This document shows positions 59,829 to 64,000 of a stretch of 64,000 nucleotides of DNA, in pieces; within the stretch, counting starts at the first letter, position 1; the number at the start of each line of letters is the position of its first letter. The notes beneath the pieces were generated by a model, which worked only from the letters and a program-made list of their open reading frames with translations, was not told the origin of the DNA and ran no database searches. The position numbers and the translations under genes are program-made. Source of the stretch: Actinomycetota bacterium (GTDB lineage Bacteria > Actinomycetota > UBA4738). The stretch is taken from contig JBOGVA010000093.1 in assembly GCA_050692195.1 (NCBI GenBank), positions 5,459 to 69,458 on the forward strand, written 5' to 3'.

Positions 59829-60986
59829 GTGGACATCGAGATCGGCATGGGCAAGACGAGCAGGCGGGCCTACGGCTTCGACGAGGTGGCAATCGTCCCC
59901 TCGCGAAGGACGCGGGACCCCGACGACGTGGACATCTCCTGGGAGATCGATGCCTGGACCTTCGACCTTCCGCTCATGGCCTCGGCCATGGACGGGGTGG
60001 TGTCACCGGCCACGGCCACCGAGATCGGAACGCTGGGCGGCCTGGCCGTCCTGAACCTCGAAGGCCTCCAGACGCGATACGAGGACCCGGAACCCGTCCT
60101 GGACGAGATCGCGGCGCTCCCGGACGACAAGGCAACCCGACGGATGCAGGAGATCTACAGGGAGCCCGTCAAGGAGGAGCTCATCTCCCGCCGGATCCGC
60201 GAGATCAAGCAGGCCGGGGTCATCACCGCGGCGTCGCTTACTCCCCAGCGGGTCGGCAAGTACGCGCCCCTGGTCCTCGAGGCCGAGCTGGACATACTGG
60301 TGATCCAGGGGACCGTGGTCTCCGCCGAGCACGTCTCCACACGCACCGAACCGCTCAACCTCAAGGAGTTCATCGCGTCCTTCGACCTCCCGGTGATCGT
60401 CGGGGGCTGCGCCTCCTATCAGACCGCGCTCCATCTCATGCGGACCGGGGCGGTCGGCGTGCTAGTCGGAGTGGGGCCCGGCGCGGCCTGCACCACCCGC
60501 GGTGTGCTGGGGGTGGGAGTGCCCCAGGCGACGGCCATCGCCGACGCGGCCGGGGCTCGCATGGAGCATCTCCGGGAGACGGGGCGGTACGTTCACGTGA
60601 TCGCCGACGGTGGGATGCGCAGCGGAGGCGACATCGCCAAGGCCATCGCGTGCGGGGCCGATGCCGTCATGATCGGCTCCCCTCTGGCCAGGGCGGAGGA
60701 GGCGCCGGGGCGAGGGTTCCACTGGGGCATGGCCACGTTTCACCCGGACCTGCCGCGAGGAGCGCGCGTGAAGACCAGCCGGATCGGGTCGCTCAGGGAG
60801 ATCCTGGTGGGCCCGGCGCACGAGAACGACGGCACGCTGAACCTGTTCGGAGCCCTCAGGACCTCGATGGCCACGACCGGCTACGCCACGATCAAGGAGT
60901 TCCAGAAGGCGGAGGTCGTGGTGGCCCCGGCGATCAAGACCGAGGGAAAGGCGCTCCAGCATCAGCAAGGGGTGGGTGCGACCTGA
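59829..60986 (+). CDS. guaB3: GuaB3-family IMP-dehydrogenase-related protein (no CBS domains)
   Basis: ...[21 protein letters not shown]...[29 protein letters not shown]...; 385 aa, GTG start. Confidence 0.88.
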   Translation: MDIEIGMGKTSRRAYGFDEVAIVPSRRTRDPDDVDISWEIDAWTFDLPLMASAMDGVVSPATATEIGTLGGLAVLNLEGLQTRYEDPEPVLDEIAALPDDKATRRMQEIYREPVKEELISRRIREIKQAGVITAASLTPQRVGKYAPLVLEAELDILVIQGTVVSAEHVSTRTEPLNLKEFIASFDLPVIVGGCASYQTALHLMRTGAVGVLVGVGPGAACTTRGVLGVGVPQATAIADAAGARMEHLRETGRYVHVIADGGMRSGGDIAKAIACGADAVMIGSPLARAEEAPGRGFHWGMATFHPDLPRGARVKTSRIGSLREILVGPAHENDGTLNLFGALRTSMATTGYATIKEFQKAEVVVAPAIKTEGKALQHQQGVGAT

Positions 60987-61000
60987 GCGACCCTCGTCCC

Positions 61001-62521
61001 GTGCTCGTCGTCGACTTCGGGGCCCAGTACGCGCAGCTCATCGCGCGACGCGTCCGTGAGTGCCATGTCTACTCGGAGATCGTGCCCTTCGACACCCCTG
61101 TGTCGGAGCTGGAGGCGAGGCGCCCGGCCGGGTTGATCCTGTCTGGAGGGCCCGCCTCCGTGTACGAGCCAGGAGCCCCCTCCGTGGATCCGGGAGTGTT
61201 CGAGCTCGGCGCCCCCGTTCTCGGCATCTGCTATGGGCAGCAGGCCATGGCTCAAGGTTTGGGAGGCCGGGTCGAGCCGACGGGGCTGCGGGAGTACGGG
61301 CGCACGGCCCTTTCCGTCCAGGACCCGGGGGTGCTCCTGTCGGACCTGCTGCCCGAGGAGACCGTGTGGATGAGCCACGCCGACACGGTGACGGCGGCAC
61401 CTCCCGGCTTCACCGTGACCGCCCGAACATCTTCGAACCCGGTGGCGGCCATGGAGGATGCGGGGCGAGGCCTGTTCGGTGTCCAGTTCCACCCGGAGGT
61501 CCACCACACCCCGCGGGGTCTGGACATCATGAAGCGCTTCCTCTACGAGGCCTGCGGTCTCCTGCCCGAGTGGACGCCCGCCAACGTCATCGAGCGAGCC
61601 GTGGAGAGGGTTCGCCTTCAGGTCGGCGACGGACAGGTGGTGTGTGCCCTGTCGGGCGGGGTCGATTCCGCCGTGGCCGCGCTGCTCGTCCACAAGGCCG
61701 TGGGGAAGAACCTGACCTGCGTCTTCGTCGACACCGGGCTGCTTCGGGCAGGAGAGGCCGAGCAGGTGGTGGAGACGTTCGGCGAGCACTTCCACGTTCC
61801 CCTGATCCATGTGGACCGAACGGAGCTGTTCCTGTCGCGGCTCGCCGGCGTGATCGATCCCGAGCGGAAGCGGCAGATCATCGGCGAGCAGTTCATCCGG
61901 GTGTTCGAGGACATCGCGCGCGCCGAGGGGCGAGAGGCGCGGTTCCTGGTCCAGGGCACGCTGTACCCGGACGTCATCGAGTCGGGCTCGCGGACGGCGG
62001 CGAGGATCAAGAGCCACCACAACGTCGGGGGTTTGCCCGAGGACATGGGCCTGGAGCTGGTCGAGCCCCTGCGCGACCTGTTCAAGGACGAGGTCCGCCA
62101 GGTGGGGGAGGAGCTGGGCCTGCGAGAGGAGATCGTGTGGCGCCAGCCGTTCCCCGGCCCCGGTCTGGCGGTGAGGATCGTGGGCCAGGTCACCTGGGAG
62201 CGCCTGGAGGCGGTCAGAGGTGCCGACCGGATCGTCCAGGAGGAGATCCGGCGGGCCGGCCTCGCCGGGGAGCTATGGCAAGCGTTCGCCCTGCTGCTAT
62301 CCGTGCAGAGCGTCGGCGTGATGGGCGACGGCAGGACCTACGAGAACCCCATCGTGATCCGCGCGGTGACCAGCGAGGACGCCATGACCGCGGACTGGGC
62401 TCGTCTCCCGCATGAGGTGCTCGAGCGGATGGCTTCCCGCATCGTGGCCGAGGTCCCCGGGGTCAACCGGGTGGCCTACGACATCTCCTCCAAGCCCCCC
62501 GCCACCATCGAGTGGGAATAA
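61001..62521 (+). CDS. guaA: GMP synthase (glutamine-hydrolysing)
   Basis: (V)[30 protein letters not shown]...GICYGQQ...[12 protein letters not shown]...[12 protein letters not shown]. The start is uncertain; I chose GTG 61001 inside track ORF 60650..62521. Confidence 0.93.
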   Translation: MLVVDFGAQYAQLIARRVRECHVYSEIVPFDTPVSELEARRPAGLILSGGPASVYEPGAPSVDPGVFELGAPVLGICYGQQAMAQGLGGRVEPTGLREYGRTALSVQDPGVLLSDLLPEETVWMSHADTVTAAPPGFTVTARTSSNPVAAMEDAGRGLFGVQFHPEVHHTPRGLDIMKRFLYEACGLLPEWTPANVIERAVERVRLQVGDGQVVCALSGGVDSAVAALLVHKAVGKNLTCVFVDTGLLRAGEAEQVVETFGEHFHVPLIHVDRTELFLSRLAGVIDPERKRQIIGEQFIRVFEDIARAEGREARFLVQGTLYPDVIESGSRTAARIKSHHNVGGLPEDMGLELVEPLRDLFKDEVRQVGEELGLREEIVWRQPFPGPGLAVRIVGQVTWERLEAVRGADRIVQEEIRRAGLAGELWQAFALLLSVQSVGVMGDGRTYENPIVIRAVTSEDAMTADWARLPHEVLERMASRIVAEVPGVNRVAYDISSKPPATIEWE

Positions 62522-62544
62522 TCCGCCCACCTACAATCAGAGCC

Positions 62545-64000
62545 GTGGCGACCGAGCGAGCTGAACCGCAGGTCCTGGCCGGCCTGAACCCGATCCAGAA
62601 GGAGGCAGTCCTCCACACCGAGGGGCCGGTCCTGATCGTGGCCGGAGCGGGATCGGGCAAGACGCGAGCCCTCACCCACCGGATGGCCTACCTCATCCGG
62701 GAAAAGGGCGTCAGCCCCTACGAGATCCTGGCCATCACCTTCACCAACAAGGCCGCGCAAGAGATGGCGGACCGGGTGGAGGGCCTGCTCGGGACCCGGA
62801 TCGCGAAGGGCATGTGGATCATGACGTTCCACGCCGCCTGCGTCCGGATCCTGCGGCGCGAGCACGCGCACGTCGGCATCCCCAGCCACTTCTCCATCTA
62901 CGACGAGGGGGACACCGAGCGGGTCATCGCCCTGTCCCTGAAACAGCTGAACATCGACCCCAAGCGATACCCGCCTCGCGCGGTGGCCGCCGTGATCGGG
63001 CGGGCCAAGGACAACCTGATCAGTCCGGCTGAGTTCGCCGCCGATGCCGCCACCTACTACGAGCGGACCATCGCCGACGTGTACGCCGCGTATCAGGCGC
63101 GGCTCCGGGGGGCCGGCGCCCTCGACTTCGACGACATCATCATGGAGACGGTCCGCCTGTTCCGAGGGCATCCCGAGGTCCTCGAGCACTATCAGGAGCG
63201 GTTCCGCTACGTCCTCATCGACGAGTACCAGGACACGAACCGGGCCCAGTACCATCTGGTGAACCTCTTGGCAGCCAAGCACCGGAACATCTGCGTGGTC
63301 GGGGATGCCGACCAGGGCGTGTACTCGTGGCGGGGCGCCACCATCAAGAACCTGCTGGACTTCGAGCACGATTACCCGGACTCCGCCATCTTCGTAATGG
63401 AGCAGAACTACCGTTCGACTCAGAGCATCCTGGAGCTGGCCAACGCGCTCATCGAGCACAACGTCCAGCGAAAGCCCAAGTCGCTATGGACGGAGTCCGA
63501 GCAGGGGGAGCTGGCAATTCGCTATCGCGCCGAGAACGAGCACGACGAGGCGTGGTTCCTGGCGAACGAGGTGGAGCGACTGGTCCAGGAGGAGGGCTAC
63601 CGGTATGGAGACATCGCGGTGTTCTACCGGACCAACGCCCAGTCCCGCGTGATCGAGGAGGTCCTGTCTCAGGCCGGCATCGCCTACAAGGTGGTTGGAG
63701 GGGTTCGCTTCTACCAGCGGAAGGAGATCAAGGACGTGTTCGCCTATCTCCGCGCGGTGGTGAACCCGGGCGATCTGGTCAGCCTCCGGCGGATCATCAA
63801 CACACCGAAGCGAGGGGTGGGGGATGCCACCGTGGCAGCGCTGGAGGGATTCGCCGCCCAGGAGGGAATCCCGTTTCTGGAGGCGGCCCGAAGAGTGGAC
63901 GACATCTCCCTGCTCGGGCAGCGGGCCAAGGGAGCGGTCCACGGGTTCGTCGGCGTGATCGACGCCCTGGCCTCACTCGTGGCCGACCGAACCGGTCCGG
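62545..64000 (+). CDS. pcrA: ATP-dependent DNA helicase PcrA/UvrD, 5' part (runs off the window)
   Basis: Not in the ORF track because no stop lies inside the window. My hand translation is (V)ATERAEPQVLAGLNPIQKEAVLHTEGPVLIVAGAGSGKTRALTHRMAYLI...ILAITFTNKAAQEM...VLIDEYQDTN... Confidence 0.9.
   Translation, partial: MATERAEPQVLAGLNPIQKEAVLHTEGPVLIVAGAGSGKTRALTHRMAYLIREKGVSPYEILAITFTNKAAQEMADRVEGLLGTRIAKGMWIMTFHAACVRILRREHAHVGIPSHFSIYDEGDTERVIALSLKQLNIDPKRYPPRAVAAVIGRAKDNLISPAEFAADAATYYERTIADVYAAYQARLRGAGALDFDDIIMETVRLFRGHPEVLEHYQERFRYVLIDEYQDTNRAQYHLVNLLAAKHRNICVVGDADQGVYSWRGATIKNLLDFEHDYPDSAIFVMEQNYRSTQSILELANALIEHNVQRKPKSLWTESEQGELAIRYRAENEHDEAWFLANEVERLVQEEGYRYGDIAVFYRTNAQSRVIEEVLSQAGIAYKVVGGVRFYQRKEIKDVFAYLRAVVNPGDLVSLRRIINTPKRGVGDATVAALEGFAAQEGIPFLEAARRVDDISLLGQRAKGAVHGFVGVIDALASLVADRTGP

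Noticed and set aside
60650-61000. N-terminal extension of the guaA track ORF
   Set aside because: It overlaps the guaB3 coding frame. GMP synthase homology starts at ...[10 protein letters not shown].

Overview
High-GC (about two-thirds G+C by hand counts) bacterial chromosome segment. Gene order looks Actinomycetota-like. That is my inference from synteny (alr-tsaE-tsaB-rimI-tsaD ... groES-groEL ... guaB3-guaA), not from any search.

Bases 1-35981 are conserved housekeeping genes on the + strand:
- the rpoC 3' end and an rmlC-like gene
- the str/S10/spc/alpha ribosomal-protein superoperon, from rpsL through rplQ, including secY, adk, map, infA and rpmJ; rpsD is absent
- truA, a NodB-type deacetylase lipoprotein, rplM-rpsI, glmM, glmS, acpS, nnr and alr
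- an alpha/beta hydrolase, an S58 peptidase, a family-4 UDG and tsaE-tsaB-rimI-tsaD

Two accessory islands flank a CIRCE-controlled groES-groEL.

Island 1 (about 36.0-51.5 kb) holds:
- an epimerase and a DUF1684 protein
- a roughly 2,400-aa Sec-signal RHS/YD polymorphic toxin. Its layout is DNRLRE-like domain, PA14-like insert, YD shell, DPxGM cleavage motif, PT-TG-like pre-toxin segment, then a low-GC C-terminal tip I cannot assign to a family
- a low-GC candidate immunity gene directly downstream of the toxin
- a DrrAB-type ABC pair, a DJ-1/PfpI - GntR(FadR) - GlcD module, an orphan ORF and vapBC

Island 2 (about 53.6-59.7 kb) holds:
- a secreted protein
- a roughly 1.9-kb IS1595-family element bounded by imperfect inverted repeats and carrying two extra ORFs
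- a SLATT-like 2TM protein with an apparent frame switch near its 3' end
- a 4TM protein
- a translationally coupled alkaline-phosphatase/NPP-family gene plus cysC

The window ends with guaB3, guaA and the 5' part of pcrA/uvrD.

I found no rRNA, tRNA or CRISPR array.

The best candidates for something new are the RHS toxin tip/immunity cassette and the IS-interrupted membrane operon containing the SLATT-like protein.

All family assignments come from reading the translations and remembered motifs. No database search was run.
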